DNA of 64,000 bases, from the NCBI GenBank assembly GCA_023424395.1, contig JAFADY010000037.1, positions 1,647-65,646 on the forward strand, given 5' to 3'. Below, one piece after another: positions 20,944 through 29,507 of the stretch. A program made the position numbers and the translations under genes. The notes below the pieces were generated by a model, which saw nothing but the letters and a program-made list of their open reading frames with translations, had not been told where the DNA came from and did not search any database. Positions within the stretch are counted from its first letter, which is position 1, and every line of letters begins with the position of its first letter. Origin of the DNA: Bacteroidota bacterium. Its GTDB lineage: Bacteria > Bacteroidota > Bacteroidia > Bacteroidales > Dysgonomonadaceae.

Positions 20944-21609
20944 ATGACGAAAAATACAGATAAATTTAACAACACACAGCCCTCCAATTGCCCCCTTCGG
21001 GGGGACAAAGGGGGGCTTTTTTCCTCGCTTTATCTCGCTCCCATCGAATATTATTCCGCTTTTTTCCGTACAGAGAAAGCCGTTATTGAAATTCACGATA
21101 ATTACCAAAAACAGTCGTACCGCAACCGTTGTATTATTGCCGGAGCAAATGGAGTGCTGTCGTTGAGTATCCCTATCGAAAAGCCCGAAACGCCAAAATG
21201 CGCGATGAAAGACATCCGCATTGCCGAACACGGAAATTGGCGGCATTTGCATTGGAATGCGATTGTTTCGGCATACAATTCTACCCCGTTTTTTGAGTAT
21301 TACGAAGACGATTTCCGTCCGTTTTACGAAAAGCAATACACTTTTCTCCACGATTTTAACGAAGACTTCCGCCATCTCATTTGCCGCCTTCTCGGGATTG
21401 AAACACCTGTTATCTACACGCAATCATTCTTTCAGAATGTGCCTGAAGGCAAGGTTGATTTTCGAGAAAGCATTCATCCCAAACGTGCATCAAATTTTGT
21501 TATAAAACCATATTATCAGGTTTTCTCCGAAAAACACGGTTTTTTACCCAATTTAAGTACCATCGATTTGTTGTTTAACATGGGCAATGAATCTCGGCTC
21601 TATTTGTAG
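20944..21609 (+). CDS. WbqC family protein
   Basis: LYLAPIEYYSAFF...IEIHDNYQKQSYRNRC is a WbqC-like core. The only in-frame start is the ATG at 20944, so a GC-rich hairpin at 20985-21022 is translated. Confidence 0.7.
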   Translation: MTKNTDKFNNTQPSNCPLRGDKGGLFSSLYLAPIEYYSAFFRTEKAVIEIHDNYQKQSYRNRCIIAGANGVLSLSIPIEKPETPKCAMKDIRIAEHGNWRHLHWNAIVSAYNSTPFFEYYEDDFRPFYEKQYTFLHDFNEDFRHLICRLLGIETPVIYTQSFFQNVPEGKVDFRESIHPKRASNFVIKPYYQVFSEKHGFLPNLSTIDLLFNMGNESRLYL

Positions 21610-21631
21610 TCAAGATTTTAACTAAATTTCC

Positions 21632-21639
21632 TATCTTTG
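21632..21639 (+). promoter_or_regulatory. -7 promoter box (TATCTTTG) for gltX
   Basis: Lies 21 nt upstream of the ATG at 21660. Confidence 0.5.
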
Positions 21640-21659
21640 CAGCTTAAAATTTATTCGTT

Positions 21660-23189
21660 ATGCAACAAAAAGTTCGCGTTCGTTTCGCACCCTCGCCCAC
21701 CGGACCGCTCCACATCGGCGGCGTGCGCACAGCGCTATATAACTACTTGTACGCCAAACAGCACGGCGGCGATTTCATTCTTCGAATTGAAGATACCGAC
21801 TCCACCCGATTTGTTCCCGGAGCCGAAGAATATATTCAGCAAACATTCGATTGGTTAGGATTACCATTCGATGAAAGTCCTGCCAAAGGAGGAAAGTTCG
21901 GGCCATACAAACAATCGCAGCGGCGCGAAATTTATAAGGAATACGTTCACTCATTGCTCAACAAGAGCGCGGCTTACATCGCTTTTGATACGCCCGAAGA
22001 ACTAGAAGCAAAACGCTTGGAAATCACTAATTTTCAATACGATGCCTCTACCCGAATGCAAATGCGCAATTCGCTCACACTGTCCAAAGACGACGTTCAA
22101 ACGCTTATCGAAAGAAATACCCAATACGTTGTTCGCATAAAAGTGGAACCGAATATCGACATTACCGTAAACGATTTAATCCGAGGCGAAGTCATTATCA
22201 ATTCATCGGTTTTAGATGACAAAGTGATCTACAAATCTGCAGACGAACTGCCCACTTATCACCTCGCCAACGTGGTGGACGACCACCTGATGAAAATCAC
22301 ACACGTGATCCGCGGCGAAGAATGGTTGCCTTCGGCACCGTTGCACGTGTGGCTTTATCGCAGTTTGGGATGGGAAAAAACCATGCCCCAATTTGCGCAC
22401 CTTCCGCTGCTGCTCAAACCCGAAGGCAACGGTAAGTTGAGCAAACGCGATGGCGAACGCCTTGGATTCCCCGTTTTCCCATTGGAATGGAAAGACCCGA
22501 AATCGGGTGAAATATCCACCGGATACCGCGAAAGTGGTTATTTGCACGAAGCGGTTATCAACTTTTTGGCGTTTTTGGGTTGGAACCCGGGAACGGAACA
22601 GGAGATTTTTTCGCTCGATGAATTGGTAAAAGCATTTTCTTTTGACCGATGCAGTAAAAGCGGAGCAAAATTTGACATTGAAAAAGCCAAATGGTATAAC
22701 CATCAATACATACAGCTCAGTTCTGATATGGAATTGGTGAAAGCTTTTATACCGCTGTTGTCGGAAAAAGGCGTCACAACATCGTATGAAAAAACAACTA
22801 AAATTATCGGATTGGTAAAAGGGCGCGTAAATTTTGTGAAAGAATTGTGGGAACAAGCATCGTTTTTCTTCGTCGCGCCAACATCGTACGACGAAAAAAC
22901 GGCAAAGAAACGTTGGAAAGCCAACACACCCAACGAAATGAAAGCATTAGCCGCGGTATTGCAAAATATCTCCGATTTTTCTTCGCAAAATCAAGAAACG
23001 ATTGTGAAACAATGGATTGAAGAAAATCAACTGCACTTGGGCAACATTATGAACGCTTTTCGTTTAGCCGTTGTTGGCGAAGGAAAAGGGCCGCACATGT
23101 TTGATATTACCGAAATAATCGGGAAAGAAGAAACCCTCCGCCGACTGGAACGGGCGGTAAAAACCATACCTGCACCGGAAAACAATTAA
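21660..23189 (+). CDS. gltX: glutamate--tRNA ligase
   Basis: [14 protein letters not shown] (HIGH) and GKLSKRDG (KMSKS). Confidence 0.95.
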   Translation: MQQKVRVRFAPSPTGPLHIGGVRTALYNYLYAKQHGGDFILRIEDTDSTRFVPGAEEYIQQTFDWLGLPFDESPAKGGKFGPYKQSQRREIYKEYVHSLLNKSAAYIAFDTPEELEAKRLEITNFQYDASTRMQMRNSLTLSKDDVQTLIERNTQYVVRIKVEPNIDITVNDLIRGEVIINSSVLDDKVIYKSADELPTYHLANVVDDHLMKITHVIRGEEWLPSAPLHVWLYRSLGWEKTMPQFAHLPLLLKPEGNGKLSKRDGERLGFPVFPLEWKDPKSGEISTGYRESGYLHEAVINFLAFLGWNPGTEQEIFSLDELVKAFSFDRCSKSGAKFDIEKAKWYNHQYIQLSSDMELVKAFIPLLSEKGVTTSYEKTTKIIGLVKGRVNFVKELWEQASFFFVAPTSYDEKTAKKRWKANTPNEMKALAAVLQNISDFSSQNQETIVKQWIEENQLHLGNIMNAFRLAVVGEGKGPHMFDITEIIGKEETLRRLERAVKTIPAPENN

Positions 23190-23250
23190 ACACTGTATTA
23201 CAGAACAATAGTCAGCTTCAATTGTTTTAGGGTTAAAGAGAAAATTTCGC

Positions 23251-25404
23251 ATGAGTAAAAAACTGAAAAAAAAATATAGGATACGTACCCGTTTTTTTAT
23301 TCCGGGCATTTTCATTATAGCCATTCTTCTGATTACCTATTTATTTCCCCGACAAGGCAAATTCAAATATTCATTTAGTGAAGGAAGGCCTTGGCAATAC
23401 GGGTTGCTTACAGCCCCTCTTGATTTTCCTATTTACAAATCGGCAGATGAGTTAAAAGCCGAACAAGATAGTATTTTGAGATTCTACGAACCTTATTACA
23501 CCATTGATGAAAAGGTGCAGAAAAACGCGATGGCAGAATTCGATGCCGATGTGAACCTGAGCGCCAAACTACAAGAATTGCCTTCTGCGGAGATACTTTA
23601 CATCAGAAACAAATTACAAGAGATTTATACCAACGGAATTATGCGGTCGGAAGATTATGATAAGATTGAATCATCCGAAACCCAATCTTTTCGTTTGAGA
23701 GAAGGAAATTCTGCCCAATCAAAAAATATAGAATCCATCAACACGAATCGGTCTGCTTACGAACAAATACTGAATGATGTGCTGCCAAATACGGATCCCG
23801 TTCAGTTAAGGGCAGCAGATTTGAACAAATACATCCGGGAAAATATCGTCTTTGATGAATCCACATCGGAAAAAGCAAGAAAAGAATTTATACAGCAGGT
23901 TTCTCCATCTACCGGAATGGTTCAAACCGGACAAAGGATAATAGACCAAGGAGAAATAGTTGATCCTCAAACATATAAAGTTCTATCTTCGCTGAAGCGG
24001 GTAACTGAAGAACGAACCGGAGGCGCTTCGCGCAATAGTTGGACTGTTTTAGGACAATTTCTTCTGGTAACCATTATGCTGGCAGCTTTCTATTTCTATC
24101 TGCTTTTTTTCCGCCCGTATGAATACCGGAACAGAAAACATGTTTTATTCATGTTGTTGCTCATTACATCTTTCGTGATACTTACCGCTTTTACGGTACG
24201 CTTCGAATTATTTAGTGTTTATTTTATTCCGTATGCTATTGTTACCATACTTATCAGAACATTTATAGATTCGCGAACGGCGCTTTTTGCGAGTATTATT
24301 ACCATTATTTTAAGTTCTCTCATGGTTCCATTTCCGTTTGAATTTATAGTTATTCAAATGGCTGTTGCTATGATATCGGTATTTATGTTGAAAGAGCTCT
24401 CGGAGCGGTCTCAACTTATCCGTAGCTCGTTTTTTATCTTACTTACCTACATTCTTGTTTATTTGGGATTGATAATGTATCAGGAAGGAGATATTAATAA
24501 AGTAGATTGGAGGATTCTTGTTTATTTCCTTATCAACTTTATTTTTATTATGTTCTCTTATTCACTGGTTTATTTGATAGAAAAATCGTTCGGATTTATA
24601 TCGGGAGTAAGTTTGGTGGAACTATCCAATATCAACAAACCGCTACTGAAAGAACTTTCGGAAAAAGCGCCCGGAACTTTTCAGCATTCATTACAGGTTT
24701 CTAATTTGGGAATGGCTGCTGCTGCCAAATTGGGAGCCAACGCCTCTTTGATCAGAACCGGAGCGTTGTATCACGATATTGGGAAAATGGTAAATCCGGC
24801 ATTTTTTACCGAAAATCAAACGCCGGGAATGGACCCGCACGCCGGACTTCCTTTCGAGGAAAGCGCCAGAATTATTATTAATCACGTGAAAGATGGAGTA
24901 AGGATCGCGAAGAAAAATAACCTGCCCAAGCAAATTATCGATTTCATCGAAACACATCACGGCACGAGCATGCCTAAATATTTTTATGTTTCTTGGAAGA
25001 ATGCCAATCCCGGAAAAGAAGTTAACGAGGCAGATTTTCGTTATCCCGGGCCGAATCCGTTTACAAAGGAAACTGCGATAATGATGATGGCCGATGCTGT
25101 GGAAGCTTCATCGCGAAGTTTACCCGTTTACACGGAAGAGGCGATCAGCAATCAGGTGATTAAAATTATCGACTCGCAATTAGAAGAAGGTTATTTTAAA
25201 AATGCACCCATTACTTTCCGAGACATTCAAATTGTTAAAGAAGTATTCATCGATAAGCTGAAGACCGTTTACCACTCACGCATTGCTTATCCCGAACTTA
25301 AAAAGCAGCCGCAGGCTATTGCCCAAAAAATTCAACCGACTGCTGCGGAGCAACTTGCAACTCCACAACAATCGGTTGATCAAAAGCCGTTGAACGAAGT
25401 TTAA
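23251..25404 (+). CDS. HDIG domain-containing phosphohydrolase with 7TM module (7TMR-HD)
   Basis: N-terminal extracytoplasmic domain, seven TM helices, and a C-terminal HD domain (HSLQVS...LYHDIGK...THHG). Confidence 0.85.
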   Translation: MSKKLKKKYRIRTRFFIPGIFIIAILLITYLFPRQGKFKYSFSEGRPWQYGLLTAPLDFPIYKSADELKAEQDSILRFYEPYYTIDEKVQKNAMAEFDADVNLSAKLQELPSAEILYIRNKLQEIYTNGIMRSEDYDKIESSETQSFRLREGNSAQSKNIESINTNRSAYEQILNDVLPNTDPVQLRAADLNKYIRENIVFDESTSEKARKEFIQQVSPSTGMVQTGQRIIDQGEIVDPQTYKVLSSLKRVTEERTGGASRNSWTVLGQFLLVTIMLAAFYFYLLFFRPYEYRNRKHVLFMLLLITSFVILTAFTVRFELFSVYFIPYAIVTILIRTFIDSRTALFASIITIILSSLMVPFPFEFIVIQMAVAMISVFMLKELSERSQLIRSSFFILLTYILVYLGLIMYQEGDINKVDWRILVYFLINFIFIMFSYSLVYLIEKSFGFISGVSLVELSNINKPLLKELSEKAPGTFQHSLQVSNLGMAAAAKLGANASLIRTGALYHDIGKMVNPAFFTENQTPGMDPHAGLPFEESARIIINHVKDGVRIAKKNNLPKQIIDFIETHHGTSMPKYFYVSWKNANPGKEVNEADFRYPGPNPFTKETAIMMMADAVEASSRSLPVYTEEAISNQVIKIIDSQLEEGYFKNAPITFRDIQIVKEVFIDKLKTVYHSRIAYPELKKQPQAIAQKIQPTAAEQLATPQQSVDQKPLNEV

Positions 25405-25407
25405 AAC

Positions 25408-26394
25408 TTATTTCAGTAATTCTTCAACTTTATTGATCGTTTCCTGCGTGTAAATACTTTTGAAAACGATTTTTCCTTCCGGATCGATTAAAAAACTTGT
25501 CGGAACCCAACGAACGGCGTAGGTTTTTGGCGCTTCGCTGTCCCAACCATTTTCCGTTATAACATTGTTCCAATTTAAACCGTCTTTTGCAATGGCGTCC
25601 GTCCAACGGGCACTGTCCTCATCGATGGAAACGCCCAAAATGGTGAAATTCTTGTCTTTGTATCGATCATAAACATCCACCAACAGCGGACTTGCCTTAC
25701 GGCAATCGGGACACCAAGAAGCCCAAAAATCCACCAAAACATATTTCCCGCGAAGCGAACTTAAACTGAGCGTTTCTCCGCTTGGCGTTTTCAACGTAAA
25801 ATCGGGAGCAGGTTGTCCGGGCTGCACTTTTTCGAGGTTTTTCAGGTTTTCATCAATTTCCTGAGTGTAAGGATGACCGGCCAACGATTCTGACAACTGA
25901 TCGCGAATGGATTTTAATTCTGGATAATCGTATTGATAAATTCCCCTGTTCAGAAAATAAAGCGCCACCGGCGACGAGAGGTTGTTCAATATCAACGTAT
26001 CCGTTTTCATAGTTCCCTCAACGCTTTGCGGCAAAAGCCAAGCGAAAAACAACGCATTGTCCGAACCATCAACAGATGCAATATCCCAATCACTGTTCAT
26101 GGAAACAGTCATCGGATTATTGTCTAAAAACAATTGGGCGCGTTGCGCTTTCTGCGCCGTACGCAAAGCGTAGAGCATGGGTTGCGTAACCGAACCCGCG
26201 AACATGAATTTTCCGTCTTTTATTTCCGCAGAATCTACAGTCGTATATTCCCTATTCTTGTATTCCTGCAAATAAACCGTTCCGGTAATATCCGCTGGAA
26301 CCGTTCCGTTTATGGTAAATTCGTTGTTTTTTTTAGTTGACTGACAAGCCGAAACTAAAACGATAATTAATAATAGAACAGATGTTTTTTTCAT
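25408..26394 (-). CDS. TlpA family thiol-disulfide oxidoreductase lipoprotein
   Basis: Lipobox VSAC. Thioredoxin-fold motif DFWASWCPDC. Confidence 0.85.
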   Translation of the reverse strand: MKKTSVLLLIIVLVSACQSTKKNNEFTINGTVPADITGTVYLQEYKNREYTTVDSAEIKDGKFMFAGSVTQPMLYALRTAQKAQRAQLFLDNNPMTVSMNSDWDIASVDGSDNALFFAWLLPQSVEGTMKTDTLILNNLSSPVALYFLNRGIYQYDYPELKSIRDQLSESLAGHPYTQEIDENLKNLEKVQPGQPAPDFTLKTPSGETLSLSSLRGKYVLVDFWASWCPDCRKASPLLVDVYDRYKDKNFTILGVSIDEDSARWTDAIAKDGLNWNNVITENGWDSEAPKTYAVRWVPTSFLIDPEGKIVFKSIYTQETINKVEELLK

Positions 26395-26427
26395 TGTTGT
26401 ATAATTTTAATGAATGAAAAGATTAAA

Positions 26428-26478
26428 CTCCCAAATCCCAAATCGTAAATCATAAATCGTAAATCATAAATCGTAAAT
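26428..26478. repeat. short-period intergenic tandem repeat (CCCAAAT / AAATCGTAAATCAT units)
   Basis: Sequence read directly: CTCCCAAATCCCAAATCGTAAATCATAAATCGTAAATCATAAATCGTAAAT. Confidence 0.9.
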
Positions 26479-26482
26479 TTAA

Positions 26483-28003
26483 CTACTCCCACTCAATGGT
26501 TGCCGGCGGTTTCGATGAAATATCGTACACCACTCGGTTCACACCTTTTACTTTATTGATAATTTCGTTGGATACTTTTGCCAGAAACTCGTAGGGCAAA
26601 TGCGCCCAATCAGCAGTCATGGCATCGGTAGAAGTTACGGCGCGCAAAGCGATGGTGTTTTCGTAGGTACGCTCGTCGCCCATTACACCTACCGATTGCA
26701 CGGGCAGCAAAATAGCTCCAGCTTGCCACACTTTGTTGTATAAATCAGCGGCACGAAGGTTGGAGATGAAAATATCGTCGGCTTCTTGCGCGATACGCAC
26801 TTTTTCGGGCGTAATATCACCCAAAATTCTTATACCCAATCCCGGACCGGGGAACGGATGGCGATGAATGAGATGCGGTTTCATGCCGAGTTCCAAACCG
26901 ATTTTCCGCACTTCGTCTTTGAACAGAAGCTTCAGCGGTTCGCAGAGTTTCAGGTTCATTTTTTCGGGAAGCCCGCCCACGTTGTGGTGGCTTTTGATAA
27001 CGGTTCCCGTAATGGATAGCGACTCGATAATGTCGGGATAAATGGTGCCTTGTGCCAGCCATTTTATGTCTTTCAGTTTGTGAGCCTCTTCGTCGAACAC
27101 ATCGATAAAACCTTTGCCGATGATTTTGCGTTTCTGCTCAGGATCGGTTACTCCGGCGAGCTCTTTGTAGAACCGTTCGCGTGCATCGATGCCAATAACG
27201 TTCAACCCCAAGTGTTCGTAATTATCGAGGACGGTTTCGAATTCATTTTTGCGAAGCAAGCCGTGATTTACAAAAATGCACGTCAGGTTTTTACCGATGG
27301 CTTTGTTCAGCAAAACAGCCACTACAGACGAATCCACACCACCCGAAAGCGCAAGAATAACCTTGTCGTTTTCTAATGTTGTTTTCAGATCGGCAACGGT
27401 GGCTTCTATAAACGATGCCGGCGTCCAATCTTTTTTCACGCCGCAAATGGAAAGGAAATTGTCGAGAATTTTTGTCCCCTGCTCCGTATGAAAAACTTCG
27501 GGATGGAATTGCACCGCCCACGTTAGTTCGTTTTGCACTTTGTAAGCAGCGATTTTTACATCTTCGGTGGATGCAATAACCGAAAAATTTTTGGGAATTT
27601 GTAAAATGGTATCGCCGTGCGACATCCACACTTGCGATTGTTGTGCGATGTTTCCCAAAAGCAAATCATCCGATTTTTTCACATCAAGGTGTGCACGGCC
27701 ATATTCGCGCGAGGCGCTTTTACCGACTTCCCCACCCGATGATTGGGCTATGAGTTGGGCGCCGTAACAAATTCCCAAAACGGGATAGTTGCCGCGAATT
27801 TGGGTTAAATCGGTTTTAAAAGCATTGCTATCGTTCACCGAAAAAGGGCTTCCGGAAAGGATTACACCTTTTACCAACTCATCGCCGAAGGGAAATTTAT
27901 TGTAAGGGACAATTTCGCAATACGTGCTGAGTTCACGCACACGGCGACCGATAAGTTGTGTGGTTTGCGAACCAAAATCGAGGATAATTATTTTTTCGTG
28001 CAT
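26483..28003 (-). CDS. guaA: GMP synthase (glutamine-hydrolysing)
   Basis: GATase domain [11 protein letters not shown]-PPase motif SGGVDSSV, and C-terminal ...PPATIEWE. Confidence 0.95.
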   Translation of the reverse strand: MHEKIIILDFGSQTTQLIGRRVRELSTYCEIVPYNKFPFGDELVKGVILSGSPFSVNDSNAFKTDLTQIRGNYPVLGICYGAQLIAQSSGGEVGKSASREYGRAHLDVKKSDDLLLGNIAQQSQVWMSHGDTILQIPKNFSVIASTEDVKIAAYKVQNELTWAVQFHPEVFHTEQGTKILDNFLSICGVKKDWTPASFIEATVADLKTTLENDKVILALSGGVDSSVVAVLLNKAIGKNLTCIFVNHGLLRKNEFETVLDNYEHLGLNVIGIDARERFYKELAGVTDPEQKRKIIGKGFIDVFDEEAHKLKDIKWLAQGTIYPDIIESLSITGTVIKSHHNVGGLPEKMNLKLCEPLKLLFKDEVRKIGLELGMKPHLIHRHPFPGPGLGIRILGDITPEKVRIAQEADDIFISNLRAADLYNKVWQAGAILLPVQSVGVMGDERTYENTIALRAVTSTDAMTADWAHLPYEFLAKVSNEIINKVKGVNRVVYDISSKPPATIEWE

Positions 28004-28018
28004 ATATTTCTAAAGAAA

Positions 28019-28053
28019 TCAGAAGTTAGAAGTCAGAAATTAGAAGAATTTAG
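28019..28053. repeat. short-period (about 8 bp) intergenic repeat AGAAGTTA/GAAGTCAG/AAATTAGA
   Basis: Sequence read directly: AGAAGTTAGAAGTCAGAAATTAGAAGAATTTAG. Confidence 0.7.
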
Positions 28054-28056
28054 CTA

Positions 28057-28064
28057 CAAAGATA
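28057..28064 (-). promoter_or_regulatory. -7 promoter box (TATCTTTG on minus strand) for guaA
   Basis: Plus-strand CAAAGATA lies 54 nt upstream of the guaA ATG. Confidence 0.5.
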
Positions 28065-28151
28065 CGAAAAGTATAGAAATTCTGTAACGCTTTTTGGTAA
28101 AGGATTTCAAAAAACACCGAAATAAAAACCAACAACTAATTACCGAAAATA

Positions 28152-28186
28152 AATAAATATTTATCGTTTTTCGATAAATATTTATT
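28152..28186. promoter_or_regulatory. perfect 15-bp inverted repeat, candidate operator
   Basis: AATAAATATTTATCG-TTTTT-CGATAAATATTTATT. It lies about 20 nt upstream of the -7 box of the DUF2975/XRE operon. Confidence 0.5.
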
Positions 28187-28205
28187 GTTTGTAAAAATAT
28201 TGTAT

Positions 28206-28213
28206 TACATTTG
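28206..28213 (+). promoter_or_regulatory. -7 promoter box (TACATTTG)
   Basis: Lies 31 nt upstream of the ATG at 28244. Confidence 0.45.
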
Positions 28214-28243
28214 TGGCGTGAAACATTCAAAAATTTATTGATT

Positions 28244-28936
28244 ATGAAAACTCATCTCAGCAAAAACTCATTAGCTGTTCTTTCCATTTTGGCGGGTTTA
28301 GTTTATCTAATGATACTCATTTCTGCAATTGATGAAGCATGGGAAGGAGGCGTTCGGGGATTCAAAGAAGGAATGGCTGCATCCGAAAAAGAATTTGACG
28401 ATGACCCATTTAATGATTTAGACGTAGAATCATTCATACTACATCTAAAAGTGAGAGACAAAACCCTCTATTATCCCGATTCAACCTTTAATAAATTATC
28501 TCACAATTTCTTACCGGCAAGATTAGAAAAAATGGAAGTTTCTTATGCCTTTAAAAAAGGCCAACCTTTGTGGAGTATATTTGTTATGATATTTTTGATG
28601 TTTCTCGCATTACCTATTTTGGTTTTATTAATTTTTATTCCAATCCTATTTTATAAACTTATCTTTTCGCTTTACAAAGGCGATGTCTTCACGCACGAAA
28701 ATGTAAACCGAATACAAAAAATTGGCGTTTCCTACATCATTATTTATTTTTATTTACTCACATTTTACTTGTATCAGTACTTTTTGTCAAAGAGTTTAAT
28801 CGATTTAGAAAAATACGAAATTGTACGCCCTGATCTCGTAAGCGAATCATTACTCATAGGACTTGTTGCACTAATTTTTGCAATAGTGCTGAAACGTGCT
28901 ATTGCAATAAAAGAAGAACAAGAATTAATTATTTAA
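28244..28936 (+). CDS. DUF2975-like multi-pass membrane protein
   Basis: Start at the internal ATG (MKTHLSKNSLAVLSIL). Four or five TM helices. A small YozG-type XRE regulator follows, and this pairing is characteristic of DUF2975 genes. Confidence 0.5.
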   Translation: MKTHLSKNSLAVLSILAGLVYLMILISAIDEAWEGGVRGFKEGMAASEKEFDDDPFNDLDVESFILHLKVRDKTLYYPDSTFNKLSHNFLPARLEKMEVSYAFKKGQPLWSIFVMIFLMFLALPILVLLIFIPILFYKLIFSLYKGDVFTHENVNRIQKIGVSYIIIYFYLLTFYLYQYFLSKSLIDLEKYEIVRPDLVSESLLIGLVALIFAIVLKRAIAIKEEQELII

Positions 28937-28948
28937 TAATCAATCAAT

Positions 28949-29155
28949 ATGCCTATATCAGAACTAATAAATAAATTGGATACAAATAAAAGTTTTCGAA
29001 AAGTGATTTCTGAAAACTCCATACTAAACAGTATGTGGGAATATTTGAAAACAAATACAAAAACCTTTGCGGCTATTGTGCTTATTATGAGTATTTTTTC
29101 TATTTACAAGTTTGGAAACAGCATAGGAGAATTTTTGTATTATATAACACATTAA
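28949..29155 (+). CDS. small single-pass membrane protein, unknown function
   Basis: 68 aa with one TM (FAAIVLIMSIFSIY). Coding status is plausible but unproven. Confidence 0.4.
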   Translation: MPISELINKLDTNKSFRKVISENSILNSMWEYLKTNTKTFAAIVLIMSIFSIYKFGNSIGEFLYYITH

Positions 29156-29164
29156 CCATCTAAC

Positions 29165-29193
29165 CTTTGTCAAAGTTTAAAACTTTGACAAAG
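29165..29193. repeat. palindromic hairpin element CTTTGTCAAAGTT-TAA-AACTTTGACAAAG (copy 1 of 2)
   Basis: Perfect 13-bp stem located 10 nt after the stop at 29155. A near-identical copy lies at 37647-37677. Confidence 0.85.
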
Positions 29194-29200
29194 TTCTATT

Positions 29201-29232
29201 AAATCGTAAATCAAAAATCGTAACTCGTAAAT
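29201..29232. repeat. short-period repeat AAATCGTAAATC-type
   Basis: AAATCGTAAATCAAAAATCGTAACTCGTAAAT. Same unit as at 26441-26478 and, in reverse complement, at 47174-47215. Confidence 0.8.
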
Positions 29233-29238
29233 TAAAAT

Positions 29239-29445
29239 ATGCCTATAATAGTAAATTTAGACGTAGAAATGGCAAAGAAAAAAATTTCTTTGAACGAGCT
29301 TTCCGAGCGAGTCGGTATTACGCCCGCGAACCTTTCGATACTGAAAACCGGAAAAGCCAAGGCTATCCGTTTCAGTACATTGGAAGCGATATGCAAGGAA
29401 CTGGATTGCCAGCCGGGCGATATTATGGAGTGGAAGGAAGAGTGA
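29239..29445 (+). CDS. XRE-family HTH transcriptional regulator (YozG-like)
   Basis: 68 aa. ISLNELSERVGITPANLSILKTGKAKAIRFSTLEAICKELDCQPGDIMEW is the classic small Cro/C1-type regulator. Confidence 0.85.
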   Translation: MPIIVNLDVEMAKKKISLNELSERVGITPANLSILKTGKAKAIRFSTLEAICKELDCQPGDIMEWKEE

Positions 29446-29498
29446 TTGGGATTTGGGAATTGGGATTTGGGAAAAAAATTGAACTTTGAACTTTAAAC
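29444..29498. repeat. short-period repeats TTGGGA(T/A)T x3 followed by TTGAACT x3
   Basis: TTGGGATTTGGGAATTGGGATTTGGGA is the reverse complement of the CCCAAAT family. TTGAACTTTGAACTTTAAACTT follows. Confidence 0.8.
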
Positions 29499-29507
29499 TT
29501 AGAAAAT

